From the NCBI GenBank assembly GCA_964057225.1, contig OZ059895.1:930001-994000 (forward strand): 64,000 bases of DNA, read 5' to 3'. Positions 37,701-53,000 of the stretch are shown piece after piece; the stretch's first letter is position 1; each line of letters begins with the position of its first letter. This stretch comes from Auanema rhodensis (taxonomy: Eukaryota; Animalia; Nematoda). The notes beneath the pieces were generated by a model. That model saw nothing but the letters and a program-made list of their open reading frames with translations. It did not search any database and had not been told where the DNA came from. The position numbers and the translations under genes were made by a program.

Positions 37701-40700
37701 TAAGTTCACACTTATATCCTCGATTTTCACCCTGAAGAATTAATTTTTTCGTTGAATAACATTGTCCATCGTCTTTGCCTTGAAAAATGGAATCTAAAAA
37801 AATCTACTTTTTGCTAAATTATTTTGAAATTTTTCGAAAAAATTTTTGTCAAAATGTTTTTGGAAGCAATGTTGAGTGTACATGGAAACTCAACATACAC
37901 TAATGCATCATTTTTCAAACAATCATAACTAATTTGTGTATTAAGCGTTTCTCAATGTAGTATAGTGCATTCGATGCGGATGTTTAAGCTGCGTCGATCT
38001 GTGTTATCAAATTTGCGCTAGCTTAAAAATGCACCGAGATATCAACTGATATAAGTTCACACTTATATCCTCGATTTTCACCCTGAAGAATTAATTTTTT
38101 CGTTGAATAACATTGTCCATCGTCTTTGCCTTAAAAAAAGGAATCTAAAAACATCTACTTTTTGCTAAATTATTTTGAAATTTTTCGAAAAAATTTTTGT
38201 CAAAATGTTTTTGGAAGCAATGTTGAGTGTACATGGAAACTCAACATACACTAATGCATCATTTTTCAAACGATCATAACTAATTTTTGTATTAAACGTT
38301 TCTCAATGTAGTATAGTGCATTCGATGCGGATTTTTAAGCTGCGTCGATCTGTGTTATCAGATTTGCGCTAGCTTAAAAATGCACCGAGATATCAACTGA
38401 TATAAGTTCACACTTATATCCTCGATTTTCACCCTGAAGAATTGATTTTTTCGTTGAATAACATTGTCTATCGTCTTTGCCTTGAAAAATACAATCTAAA
38501 AACATCTACTTTTTGCTAAATTATTTTGAAATTTTTCGAAAAAATTTTTGTCAAAATGTTTTTGGAAGCAATGTTGAGTGTACATGGAAACTCAACATAC
38601 ACTAATGCATCATTTTTCAAATGATCATAACTAATTTTTGTATCAAGCGTTTCTCGATGTAGTATAGTGCATTCGATGCGGATTTTTAAGCTGCGTCGAT
38701 CTGTGTTATCAGATTTGCGCTAGCTTAAAAATGCACCGAGATATCAACTGATATAAGTTCACACTTATATCCTCGATTTTCACCCTGAAGAATTAATTTT
38801 TTCGTTGAATAACATTGTCTATCGTCTTTGCTTTGAGAAATGGAATCTAAAAACATCTACTTTTTGCTAAATTATTTTGAAATTTTTCGAAAAAATTTTT
38901 GTCAAAATGTTTTTGGAAGCAATGTTGAGTGTACATGGAAACTCAACATACACTAATGCATCATTTTTCAAACGATCATAACTAATTTTTGTATCAAGCG
39001 TTTCTCGATGTAGTATAGTGCATTCGCTGCGGATTTTTAAGCTGCGTCGATCTGTGTTATCAGATTTGCGCTAGCTTAAAAATGCACCGAGATATCAACT
39101 GATATAAGTTCACACTTATATCCTCGATTTTCACCCTGAAGAATTAATTTTTTCGTTGAATAACATTGTCCATCGTCTTTGCCTTGAAAAATGGAATCTA
39201 AAAACATCTACTTTTTGCTAAATTATTTTGAAATTTTTGGAAAAAATTTTTGTCAAAATGTTTTTGGAAGCAATGTTGAGTGTACATGGAAACTCAACAT
39301 ACACTAATGCATCATTTTTCAAACGATCTAAACTAATTTTTGTATCAAACGTTTCTCAATGTAGTATAGTGCATTCGATGCGGATTTTTAAGCTGCGTCG
39401 ATCTGTGTTATCAGATTTGCGCTAGCTTAAAAATGCACCGAGATATCAACTGATATAAGTTCACACTTATATCCTCGATTTTCACCCTGAAGAATTGATT
39501 TTTTCGTTGAATAACATTGTCTATCGTCTTTGCCTTGAAAAATGGAATCTAAAAACATCTACTTTTTGCTAAATTATTTTGAAATTTTTCGAAGAAATTT
39601 TTGTCAAAATGTTTTTGGAAGCAATGTTGAGTGTACATGGAAACTCAACATACACTAATGCATCATTTTTCAAACGATCATAACTAATTTGTGTATTAAG
39701 CGTTTCTCAATGTAGTATAGTGCATTCGATGCGGATTTTTAAGCTGCGTCGATCTGTGTTATCAAATTTGCGCTAGCTTAAAAATGCACCGAGATATCAA
39801 CTGATATAAGTTCACACTTATATCCTCGATTTTCACCCTGAAGAATTGATTTTTTCGTTGAATAACATTGTCTATCGTCTTTGCCTTGAAAAATGGAATC
39901 TAAAAACATCTACTTTTTGCTAAATTATTTTGAAATTTTTCGAAAAAATTTTTGTCAAAATGTTTTTGGAAGCAATGTTGAGTGTACATGGAAACTCAAC
40001 ATACACTAATGCATCATTTTTCAAACGATCTAAACTAATTTTTGTATCAAACGTTTCTCAATGTAGTATAGTGCATTCGATGCGGATTTTTAAGCTGCGT
40101 CGATCTGTGTTATCAGATTTGCGCTAGCTTAAAAATGCACCGAGATATCAACTGATATAAGTTCACACTTATATCCTCGATTTTCACCCTGAAGAATTGA
40201 TTTTTTCGTTGAATAACATTGTCTATCGTCTTTGCCTTGAAAAATGGAATCTAAAAACATCTACTTTTTGCTAAATTATTTTGAAATTTTTCGAAGAAAT
40301 TTTTGTCAAAATGTTTTTGGAAGCAATGTTGAGTGTACATGGAAACTCAACATACACTAATGCATCATTTTTCAAACGATCATAACTAATTTGTGTATTA
40401 AGCGTTTCTCAATGTAGTATAGTGCATTCGATGCGGATTTTTAAGCTGCGTCGATCTGTGTTATCAGATTTGCGCTAGCTTAAAAATGCACCGAGATATC
40501 AACTGATATAAGTTCACACTTATATCCTCGATTTTCACCCTGAAGAATTAATTTTTTCGTTGAATAACATTGTCTATCGTCTTTGCCTTGAAAAATGGAA
40601 TCTAAAAACATCTACTTTTTGCTAAATTATCTTGAAATTTTTCGAAAAAATTTTTGTCAAAATGTTTTTGGAAGCAATGTTGAGTGTACATGGAAACTCA

Positions 40701-41073
40701 ACATACACTAATGCATCATTTTTCAAACGATCATAACTAATTTTTGTATCAAGCGTTTCTCGATGTAGTATGGTGCATTCGATGCGGATTTTTAAGCTGC
40801 GTCGATCTGTGTTATCAGATTTGCGCTAGCTTAAAAATGCACCGAGATATCAACTGATATAAGTTCACACTTATATCCTCGATTTTCACCCTGAAGAATT
40901 GATTTTTTCGTTGAATAACATTGTCTATCGTCTTTGCCTTGAAAAATGGAATCTAAAAACATCTACTTTTTGCTAAATTATTTTGAAATTTTTCGAAAAA
41001 ATTTTTGTCAAAATGTTTTTGGAAGCAATGTTGAGTGTACATGGAAACTCAACATACACTAATGCATCATTTT

Positions 41074-44000
41074 TCAAACGATCATAACTAATTTTTGTAT
41101 CAAGCGTTTCTCAATGTAGTATAGTGCATTCGATGCGGATTTTTAAGCTGCGTCGATCTGTGTTATCAGATTTGCGCTAGCTTAAAAATGCACCGAGATA
41201 TCAACTGATATAAGTTCACACTTATATCCTCGATTTTCACCCTGAAGAATTAATTTTTTCGTTGAATAACATTGTCCATCGTCTTTGCCTTAAAAAAAGG
41301 AATCTAAAAACATCTACTTTTTGCTAAATTATTTTGAAATTTTTCGAAAAAATTTTTGTCAAAATGTTTTTGGAAGCAATGTTGAGTGTACATGGAAACT
41401 CAACATACACTAATGCATCATTTTTCAAACGATCATAACTAATTTTTGTATTAAGCGTTTCTCAATGTAGTATAGTGCATTCGATGCGGATTTTTAAGCT
41501 GCGTCGATCTGTGTTATCAGATTTGCGCTAGCTTAAAAATGCACCGAGATATCAACTGATATAAGTTCACACTTATATCCTCGATTTTCACCCTGAAGAA
41601 TTGATTTTTTCGTTGAATAACATTGTCTATCGTCTTTGCCTTGAAAAATGGAATCTAAAAACATCTACTTTTTGCTAAATTATTTTGAAATTTTTCGAAA
41701 AAATTTTTGTCAAAATGTTTTTGGAAGCAATGTTGAGTGTACATGGAAACTCAACATACACTAATGCATCATTTTTCAAACGATCATAACTAATTTTTGT
41801 ATCAAGCGTTTCTCAATGTAGTATAGTGCATTCGATGCGGATTTTTAAGCTGCGTCGATCTGTGTTATCAGATTTGCGCTAGCTTAAAAATGCACCGAGA
41901 TATCAACTGATATAAGTTCACACTTATATCCTCGATTTTCACCCTGAAGAATTAATTTTTTCGTTGAATAACATTGTCCATCGTCTTTGCCTTGAAAAAT
42001 GGAATCTAAAAACATCTACTTTTTGCTAAATTATTTTGAAATTTTTCGAAAAAATTTTTGTCAAAATGTTTTTGGAAGCAATGTTGAGTGTACATGGAAA
42101 CTCAACATACACTAATGCATCATTTTTCAAACGATCATAACTAATTTGTGTATTAAGCGTTTTTCAATGTAGTATAGTGCAATCGATGCGGATTTTTAAG
42201 CTGCGTCGATCTGTGTTATCAGATTTGCGCTAGCTTAAAAATGCACCGAGATATCAACTGATATAAGTTCACACTTATATCCTCGATTTTCACCCTGAAG
42301 AATTAATTTTTTCGTTGAATAACATTGTCTATCGTCTTTGCCTTGAGAAATGGAATCTAAAAACATCTACTTTTTGCTAAATTATTCTGAAATTTTTCGA
42401 AAAAATTTTTGTCAAAATGTTTTTGGAAGCAATGTTGAGTGTACATGGAAACTCAACATACACTAATGCATCATTTTTCAAACGATCATAACTAATTTTT
42501 GTATCAAGCGTTTCTCAATGTAGTATAGTGCATTCGATGCGGATTTTTAAGCTGCGTCGATCTGTGTTATCAGATTTGCGCTAGCTTAAAAATGCACCGA
42601 GATATCAACTGATATAAGTTCACACTTATATCCTCGATTTTCACCCTGAAGAATTAATTTTTTCGTTGAATAACATTGTCCATCGTCTTTGCCTTGAAAA
42701 ATGGAATCTAAAAACATCTACTTTTTGCTAAATTATTTTGAAATTTTTCGAAAAAATTTTTGTCAAAATGTTTTTGGAAGCAATGTTGAGTGTACATGGA
42801 AACTCAACATACACTAATGCATCATTTTTCAAACGATCATAACTAATTTGTGTATTAAGCGTTTCTCAATGTAGTATAGTGCAATCGATGCGGATTTTTA
42901 AGCTGCGTCGATCTGTGTTATCAGATTTGCGCTAGCTTAAAAATGCACCGAGATATCAACTGATATAAGTTTACACTTATATCCTCGATTTTCACCCTGA
43001 AGAATTGATTTTTTCGTTGAATAACATTGTCTATCGTCTTTGCCTTGAAAAATGGAATCTAAAAACATCTACTTTTTGCTAAATTATTTTGAAATTTTTC
43101 GAAGAAATTTTTGTCAAAATGTTTTTGGAAGCAATGTTGAGTGTACATGGAAACTCAACATACACTAATGCATCATTTTTCAAACAATCATAACTAATTT
43201 GTGTATCAAGCGTTTCTCAATGTAGTATAGTGCATTCGATGCGGATTTTTAAGCTGCGTCGATCTGTGTTATCAGATTTGCGCTAGCTTAAAAATGCACC
43301 GAGATATCAACTGATATAAGTTCACACTTATATCCTCGATTTTCACCCTGAAGAATTAATTTTTTCGTTGAATAACATTGTCTATCGTCTTTGCCTTGAG
43401 AAATGGAATCTAAAAACATCTACTTTTTGCTAAATTATTTTGAAATTTTTCGAAAAAATTTTTGTCAAAATGTTTTTGGAAGCAATGTTGAGTGTACATG
43501 GAAACTCAACATACACTAATGCATCATTTTTCAAACGATCATAACTAATTTTTGTATCAAGCGTTTCTCAATGTAGTATAGTGCATTCGATGCGGATTTT
43601 TAAGCTGCGTCGATCTGTGTTATCAGATTTGCGCTAGCTTAAAAATGCACCGAGATATCAACTGATATAAGTTCACACTTATATCCTCGATTTTCACCCT
43701 GAAGAATTAATTTTTTCGTTGAATAACATTGTCCATCGTCTTTGCCTTGAAAAATGGAATCTAAAAACATCTACTTTTTGCTAAATTATTTTGAAATTTT
43801 TCGAAAAAATTTTTGTCAAAATGTTTTTGGAAGCAATGTTGAGTGTACATGGAAACTCAACATACACTAATGCATCATTTTTCAAACGATCATAACTAAT
43901 TTGTGTATTAAGCGTTTCTCAATGTAGTATAGTGCAATCGATGCGGATTTTTTAGCTGCGTCGATCTGTGTTATCAGATTTGCGCTAGCTTAAAAATGCA

Positions 44001-47000
44001 CCGAGATATCAACTGATATAAGTTTACACTTATATCCTCGATTTTCACCCTGAAGAATTGATTTTTTCGTTGAATAACATTGTCTATCGTCTTTGCCTTG
44101 AAAAATGGAATCTAAAAACATCTACTTTTTGCTAAATTATTTTGAAATTTTTCGAAGAAATTTTTGTCAAAATGTTTTTGGAAGCAATGTTGAGTGTACA
44201 TGGAAACTCAACATACACTAATGCATCATTTTTCAAACAATCATAACTAATTTGTGTATCAAGCGTTTCTCAATGTAGTATAGTGCATTCGATGCGGATT
44301 TTTAAGCTGCGTCGATCTGTGTTATCAGATTTGCGCTAGCTTAAAAATGCACCGAGATATCAACTGATATAAGTTCACACTTATATCCTCGATTTTCACC
44401 CTGAAGAATTAATTTTTTCGTTGAATAACATTGTCCATCGTCTTTGCCTTAAAAAAAGGAATCTAAAAACATCTACTTTTTGCTAAATTATTTTGAAATT
44501 TTTCGAAAAAATTTTTGTCAAAATGTTTTTGGAAGCAATGTTGAGTGTACATGGAAACTCAACATACACTAATGCATCATTTTTCAAACGATCATAACTA
44601 ATTTTTGTATTAAGCGTTTCTCAATGTAGTATAGTGCATTCGATGCGGATTTTTAAGCTGCGTCGATCTGTGTTATCAGATTTGCGCTAGCTTAAAAATG
44701 CACCGAGATATCAACTGATATAAGTTCACACTTATATCCTCGATTTTCACCCTGAAGAATTGATTTTTTCGTTGAATAACATTGTCTATCGTCTTTGCCT
44801 TGAAAAATGGAATCTAAAAACATCTACTTTTTGCTAAATTATTTTGAAATTTTTCGAAAAAATTTTTGTCAAAATGTTTTTGGAAGCAATGTTGAGTGTA
44901 CATGGAAACTCAACATACACTAATGCATCATTTTTCAAACGATCATAACTAATTTTTGTATCAAGCGTTTCTCAATGTAGTATAGTGCATTCGATGCGGA
45001 TTTTTAAGCTGCGTCGATCTGTGTTATCAGATTTGCGCTAGCTTAAAAATGCACCGAGATATCAACTGATATAAGTTCACACTTATATCCTCGATTTTCA
45101 CCCTGAAGAATTAATTTTTTCGTTGAATAACATTGTCCATCGTCTTTGCCTTGAAAAATGGAATCTAAAAACATCTACTTTTTGCTAAATTATTTTGAAA
45201 TTTTTCGAAAAAATTTTTGTCAAAATGTTTTTGGAAGCAATGTTGAGTGTACATGGAAACTCAACATACACTAATGCATCATTTTTCAAACGATCATAAC
45301 TAATTTGTGTATTAAGCGTTTTTCAATGTAGTATAGTGCAATCGATGCGGATTTTTAAGCTGCGTCGATCTGTGTTATCAGATTTGCGCTAGCTTAAAAA
45401 TGCACCGAGATATCAACTGATATAAGTTCACACTTATATCCTCGATTTTCACCCTGAAGAATTAATTTTTTCGTTGAATAACATTGTCTATCGTCTTTGC
45501 CTTGAGAAATGGAATCTAAAAACATCTACTTTTTGCTAAATTATTCTGAAATTTTTCGAAAAAATTTTTGTCAAAATGTTTTTGGAAGCAATGTTGAGTG
45601 TACATGGAAACTCAACATACACTAATGCATCATTTTTCAAACGATCATAACTAATTTTTGTATCAAGCGTTTCTCAATGTAGTATAGTGCATTCGATGCG
45701 GATTTTTAAGCTGCGTCGATCTGTGTTATCAGATTTGCGCTAGCTTAAAAATGCACCGAGATATCAACTGATATAAGTTCACACTTATATCCTCGATTTT
45801 CACCCTGAAGAATTAATTTTTTCGTTGAATAACATTGTCCATCGTCTTTGCCTTGAAAAATGGAATCTAAAAACATCTACTTTTTGCTAAATTATTTTGA
45901 AATTTTTCGAAAAAATTTTTGTCAAAATGTTTTTGGAAGCAATGTTGAGTGTACATGGAAACTCAACATACACTAATGCATCATTTTTCAAACGATCATA
46001 ACTAATTTGTGTATTAAGCGTTTCTCAATGTAGTATAGTGCAATCGATGCGGATTTTTAAGCTGCGTCGATCTGTGTTATCAGATTTGCGCTAGCTTAAA
46101 AATGCACCGAGATATCAACTGATATAAGTTTACACTTATATCCTCGATTTTCACCCTGAAGAATTGATTTTTTCGTTGAATAACATTGTCTATCGTCTTT
46201 GCCTTGAAAAATGGAATCTAAAAACATCTACTTTTTGCTAAATTATTTTGAAATTTTTCGAAGAAATTTTTGTCAAAATGTTTTTGGAAGCAATGTTGAG
46301 TGTACATGGAAACTCAACATACACTAATGCATCATTTTTCAAACAATCATAACTAATTTGTGTATCAAGCGTTTCTCAATGTAGTATAGTGCATTCGATG
46401 CGGATTTTTAAGCTGCGTCGATCTGTGTTATCAGATTTGCGCTAGCTTAAAAATGCACCGAGATATCAACTGATATAAGTTCACACTTATATCCTCGATT
46501 TTCACCCTGAAGAATTAATTTTTTCGTTGAATAACATTGTCTATCGTCTTTGCCTTGAGAAATGGAATCTAAAAACATCTACTTTTTGCTAAATTATTCT
46601 GAAATTTTTCGAAAAAATTTTTGTCAAAATGTTTTTGGAAGCAATGTTGAGTGTACATGGAAACTCAACATACACTAATGCATCATTTTTCAAACGATCA
46701 TAACTAATTTTTGTATCAAGCGTTTCTCAATGTAGTATAGTGCATTCGATGCGGATTTTTAAGCTGCGTCGATCTGTGTTATCAGATTTGCGCTAGCTTA
46801 AAAATGCACCGAGATATCAACTGATATAAGTTCACACTTATATCCTCGATTTTCACCCTGAAGAATTAATTTTTTCGTTGAATAACATTGTCCATCGTCT
46901 TTGCCTTGAAAAATGGAATCTAAAAACATCTACTTTTTGCTAAATTATTTTGAAATTTTTCGAAAAAATTTTTGTCAAAATGTTTTTGGAAGCAATGTTG

Positions 47001-50000
47001 AGTGTACATGGAAACTCAACATACACTAATGCATCATTTTTCAAACGATCATAACTAATTTGTGTATTAAGCGTTTCTCAATGTAGTATAGTGCAATCGA
47101 TGCGGATTTTTAAGCTGCGTCGATCTGTGTTATCAGATTTGCGCTAGCTTAAAAATGCACCGAGATATCAACTGATATAAGTTTACACTTATATCCTCGA
47201 TTTTCACCCTGAAGAATTGATTTTTTCGTTGAATAACATTGTCTATCGTCTTTGCCTTGAAAAATGGAATCTAAAAACATCTACTTTTTGCTAAATTATT
47301 TTGAAATTTTTCGAAGAAATTTTTGTCAAAATGTTTTTGGAAGCAATGTTGAGTGTACATGGAAACTCAACATACACTAATGCATCATTTTTCAAACAAT
47401 CATAACTAATTTGTGTATCAAGCGTTTCTCAATGTAGTATAGTGCATTCGATGCGGATTTTTAAGCTGCGTCGATCTGTGTTATCAGATTTGCGCTAGCT
47501 TAAAAATGCACCGAGATATCAACTGATATAAGTTCACACTTATATCCTCGATTTTCACCCTGAAGAATTAATTTTTTCGTTGAATAACATTGTCTATCGT
47601 CTTTGCCTTGAGAAATGGAATCTAAAAACATCTACTTTTTGCTAAATTATTTTGAAATTTTTCGAAAAAATTTTTGTCAAAATGTTTTTGGAAGCAATGT
47701 TGAGTGTACATGGAAACTCAACATACACTAATGCATCATTTTTCAAACGATCATAACTAATTTTTGTATCAAGCGTTTCTCAATGTAGTATAGTGCATTC
47801 GATGCGGATTTTTAAGCTGCGTCGATCTGTGTTATCAGATTTGCGCTAGCTTAAAAATGCACCGAGATATCAACTGATATAAGTTCACACTTATATCCTC
47901 GATTTTCACCCTGAAGAATTAATTTTTTCGTTGAATAACATTGTCCATCGTCTTTGCCTTGAAAAATGGAATCTAAAAACATCTACTTTTTGCTAAATTA
48001 TTTTGAAATTTTTCGAAAAAATTTTTGTCAAAATGTTTTTGGAAGCAATGTTGAGTGTACATGGAAACTCAACATACACTAATGCATCATTTTTCAAACG
48101 ATCATAACTAATTTGTGTATTAAGCGTTTCTCAATGTAGTATAGTGCAATCGATGCGGATTTTTTAGCTGCGTCGATCTGTGTTATCAGATTTGCGCTAG
48201 CTTAAAAATGCACCGAGATATCAACTGATATAAGTTTACACTTATATCCTCGATTTTCACCCTGAAGAATTGATTTTTTCGTTGAATAACATTGTCTATC
48301 GTCTTTGCCTTGAAAAATGGAATCTAAAAACATCTACTTTTTGCTAAATTATTTTGAAATTTTTCGAAAAAATTTTTGTCAAAATGTTTTTGGAAGCAAT
48401 GTTGAGTGTACATGGAAACTCAACATACACTAATGCATCATTTTTCAAACAATCATAACTAATTTTTGTATCAAGCGTTTCTCAATGTAGTATAGTGCAT
48501 TCGATGCGGATTTTTAAGCTGCGTCGATCTGTGTTATCAGATTTGCGCTAGCTTAAAAATGCACCGAGATATCAACTGATATAAGTTCACACTTATATCC
48601 TCGATTTTCACCCTGAAGAATTAATTTTTTCGTTGAATAACATTGTCCATCGTCTTTGCCTTAAAAAAAGGAATCTAAAAACATCTACTTTTTGCTAAAT
48701 TATTTTGAAATTTTTCGAAAAAATTTTTGTCAAAATGTTTTTGGAAGCAATGTTGAGTGTACATGGAAACTCAACATACACTAATGCATCATTTTTCAAA
48801 CGATCATAACTAATTTTTGTATTAAGCGTTTCTCAATGTAGTATAGTGCATTCGATGCGGATTTTTAAGCTGCGTCGATCTGTGTTATCAGATTTGCGCT
48901 AGCTTAAAAATGCACCGAGATATCAACTGATATAAGTTCACACTTATATCCTCGATTTTCACCCTGAAGAATTGATTTTTTCGTTGAATAACACTGTCTA
49001 TCGTCTTTGCCTTGAAAAATGGAATCTAAAAACATCTACTTTTTGCTAAATTATTTTGAAATTTTTCGAAAAAATTTTTGTCAAAATGTTTTTGGAAGCA
49101 ATGTTGAGTGTACATGGAAACTCAACATACACTAATGCATCATTTTTCAAACGATCATAACTAATTTTTGTATCAAGCGTTTCTCAATGTAGTATAGTGC
49201 ATTCGATGCGGATTTTTAAGCTGCGTCGATCTGTGTTATCAGATTTGCGCTAGCTTAAAAATGCACCGAGATATCAACTGATATAAGTTCACACTTATAT
49301 CCTCGATTTTCACCCTGAAGAATTAATTTTTTCGTTGAATAACATTGTCTATCGTCTTTGCCTTAAAAAAAGGAATCTAAAAACATCTACTTTTTGCTAA
49401 ATTATTTTGAAATTTTTCGAAAAAATTTTTGTCAAAATGTTTTTGGAAGCAATGTTGAGTGTACATGGAAACTCAACATACACTAATGCATCATTTTTCA
49501 AACGATCATAACTAATTTTTGTATCAAGCGTTTCTCAATGTAGTATAGTGCATTCGATGCGGATTTTTAAGCTGCGTCGATCTGTGTTATCAGATTTGCG
49601 CTAGCTTAAAAATGCACCGAGATATCAACTGATATAAGTTCACACTTATATCCTCGATTTTCACCCTGAAGAATTAATTTTTTCGTTGAATAACATTGTC
49701 CATCGTCTTTGCCTTGAAAAATGGAATCTAAAAACATCTACTTTTTGCTAAATTATTTTGAAATTTTTCGAAAAAATTTTTGTCAAAATGTTTTTGGAAG
49801 CAATGTTGAGTGTACATGGAAACTCAACATACACTAATGCATCATTTTTCAAACGATCATAACTAATTTGTGTATTAAGCGTTTCTCAATGTAGTATAGT
49901 GCAATCGATGCGGATTTTTAAGCTGCGTCGATCTGTGTTATCAGATTTGCGCTAGCTTAAAAATGCACCGAGATATCAACTGATATAAGTTTACACTTAT

Positions 50001-53000
50001 ATCCTCGATTTTCACCCTGAAGAATTGATTTTTTCGTTGAATAACATTGTCTATCGTCTTTGCCTTGAAAAATGGAATCTAAAAACATCTACTTTTTGCT
50101 AAATTATTTTGAAATTTTTCGAAGAAATTTTTGTCAAAATGTTTTTGGAAGCAATGTTGAGTGTACATGGAAACTCAACATACACTAATGCATCATTTTT
50201 CAAACAATCATAACTAATTTGTGTATCAAGCGTTTCTCAATGTAGTATAGTGCATTCGATGCGGATTTTTAAGCTGCGTCGATCTGTGTTATCAGATTTG
50301 CGCTAGCTTAAAAATGCACCGAGATATCAACTGATATAAGTTCACACTTATATCCTCGATTTTCACCCTGAAGAATTGATTTTTTCGTTGAATAACATTG
50401 TCTATCGTCTTTGCCTTGAAAAATGGAATCTAAAAACATCTACTTTTTGCTAAATTATTTTGAAATTTTTCGAAAAAATTTTTGTCAAAATGTTTTTGGA
50501 AGCAATGTTGAGTGTACATGGAAACTCAACATACACTAATGCATCATTTTTCAAACGATCATAACTAATTTTTGTATCAAGCGTTTCTCAATGTAGTATA
50601 GTGCATTCGATGCGGATTTTTAAGCTGCGTCGATCTGTGTTATCAGATTTGCGCTAGCTTAAAAATGCACCGAGATATCAACTGATATAAGTTCACACTT
50701 ATATCCTCGATTTTCACCCTGAAGAATTAATTTTTTCGTTGAATAACATTGTCCATCGTCTTTGCCTTGAAAAATGAAATCTAAAAACATCTACTTTTTG
50801 CTAAATTATTTTGAAATTTTTCGAAAAAATTTTTGTCAAAATGTTTTTGGAAGCAATGTTGAGTGTACATGGAAACTCAACATACACTAATGCATCATTT
50901 TTCGAACAATCATAACTAATTTGTGTATTAAGCGTTTCTCAATGTAGTATAGTGCATTCGATGCGGATTTTTAAGCTGCGTCGATCTGTGTTATCAGATT
51001 TGCGCTAGCTTAAAAATGCACCGAGATATCAACTGATATAAGTTCACACTTATATCCTCGATTTTCACCCTGAAGAATTAATTTTTTCGTTGAATAACAT
51101 TGTCCATCGTCTTTGCCTTGAAAAATGGAATCTAAAAACATCTACTTTTTGCTAAATTATTTTGAAATTTTTCGAAAAAATTTTTGTCAAAATGTTTTTG
51201 GAAGCAATGTTGAGTGTACATGGAAACTCAACATACACTAATGCATCATTTTTCGAACAATCATAACTAATTTGTGTATTAAGCGTTTCTCAATGTAGTA
51301 TAGTGCAATCGATGCGGATTTTTAAGCTGCGTCGATCTGTGTTATCAGATTTACGCTAGCTTAAAAATGCACCGAGATATCAACTGATATAAGTTCACAC
51401 TTATATCCTCGATTTTCACCCTGAAGAATTGATTTTTTCGTTGAATAACATTGTCTATCGTCTTTGCCTTGAAAAATGGAATCTAAAAACATCTACTTTT
51501 TGCTAAATTATTTTGAAATTTTTCGAAAAAATTTTTGTCAAAATGTTTTTGGAAGCAATGTTGAGTGTACATGGAAACTCAACATACACTAATGCATCAT
51601 TTTTCAAACGATCATAACTAATTTTTGTATCAAGCGTTTCTCAATGTAGTATAGTGCATTCGATGCGGATTTTTAAGCTGCGTCGATCTGTGTTATCAGA
51701 TTTGCGCTAGCTTAAAAATGCACCGAGATATCAACTGATATAAGTTCACACTTATATCCTCGATTTTCACCCTGAAGAATTAATTTTTTCGTTGAATAAC
51801 ATTGTCCATCGTCTTTGCCTTGAAAAATGGAATCTAAAAACATCTACTTTTCGCTAAATTATTTTGAAATTTTTCGAAAAAATTTTTGTCAAAATGTTTT
51901 TGGAAGCAATGTTGAGTGTACATGGAAACTCAACATACACTAATGCATCATTTTTCAAACGATCATAACTAATTTTTGTATCAAGCGTTTCTCAATGTAG
52001 TATAGTACATTCGATGCGGATTTTTAAGCTGCGTCGATCTGTGTTATCAGATTTGCGCTAGCTTAAAAATGCACCGAGATATCAACTGATATAAGTTCAC
52101 ACTTATATCCTCGATTTTCACCCTGAAGAATTAATTTTTTCGTTGAATAACATTGTCCATCGTCTTTGCCTTGAAAAATGGAATCTAAAAACATCTACTT
52201 TTCGCTAAATTATTTTGAAATTTTTCGAAAAAATTTTTGTCAAAATGTTTTTGGAAGCAATGTTGAGTGTACATGGAAACTCAACATACACTAATGCATC
52301 ATTTTTCAAACGATCATAACTAATTTTTGTATCAAGCGTTTCTCAATGTAGTATAGTACATTCGATGCGGATTTTTAAGCTGCGTCGATCTGTGTTATCA
52401 GATTTGCGCTAGCTTAAAAATGCACCGAGATATCAACTGATATAAGTTCACACTTATATCCTCGATTTTCACCCTGAAGAATTAATTTTTTCGTTGAATA
52501 ACATTGTCCATCGTCTTTGCCTTAAAAAATGGAATCTAAAAACATCTACTTTTTGCTAAATTATTTTGAAATTTTTGGAAAAAATTTTTGTCAAAATGTT
52601 TTTGGAAGCAATGTTGAGTGTACATGGAAACTCAACATACACTAATGCATCATTTTTCAAACGATCATAACTAATTTTTGTATCAAACGTTTCTTAATGT
52701 AGTATAGTGCATTCGATGCGGATTTTTAAGCTGCGTCGATCTGTGTTATCAGATTTGCGCTAGCTTAAAAATGCACCGAGATATCAACTGATATAAGTTC
52801 ACACTTATATCCTCGATTTTCACCCTGAAGAATTAATTTTTTCGTTGAATAACATTGTCCATCGTCTTTGCCTTGAAAAATGGAATCTAAAAACATCTAC
52901 TTTTCGCTAAATTATTTTGAAATTTTTCGAAAAAATTTTTGTCAAAATGTTTTTGGAAGCAATGTTGAGTGTACATGGAAACTCAACATACACTAATGCA

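Noticed and set aside
39228-40127. Two 65-aa ORFs (+) at 39228 and 39930
   Set aside because: Both are created by the p11-12 AT>TA variant turning TCA TAA into TCT AAA. They have TTG starts and no coding signature. The monomer length is divisible by 3, but no frame stays open across monomers.
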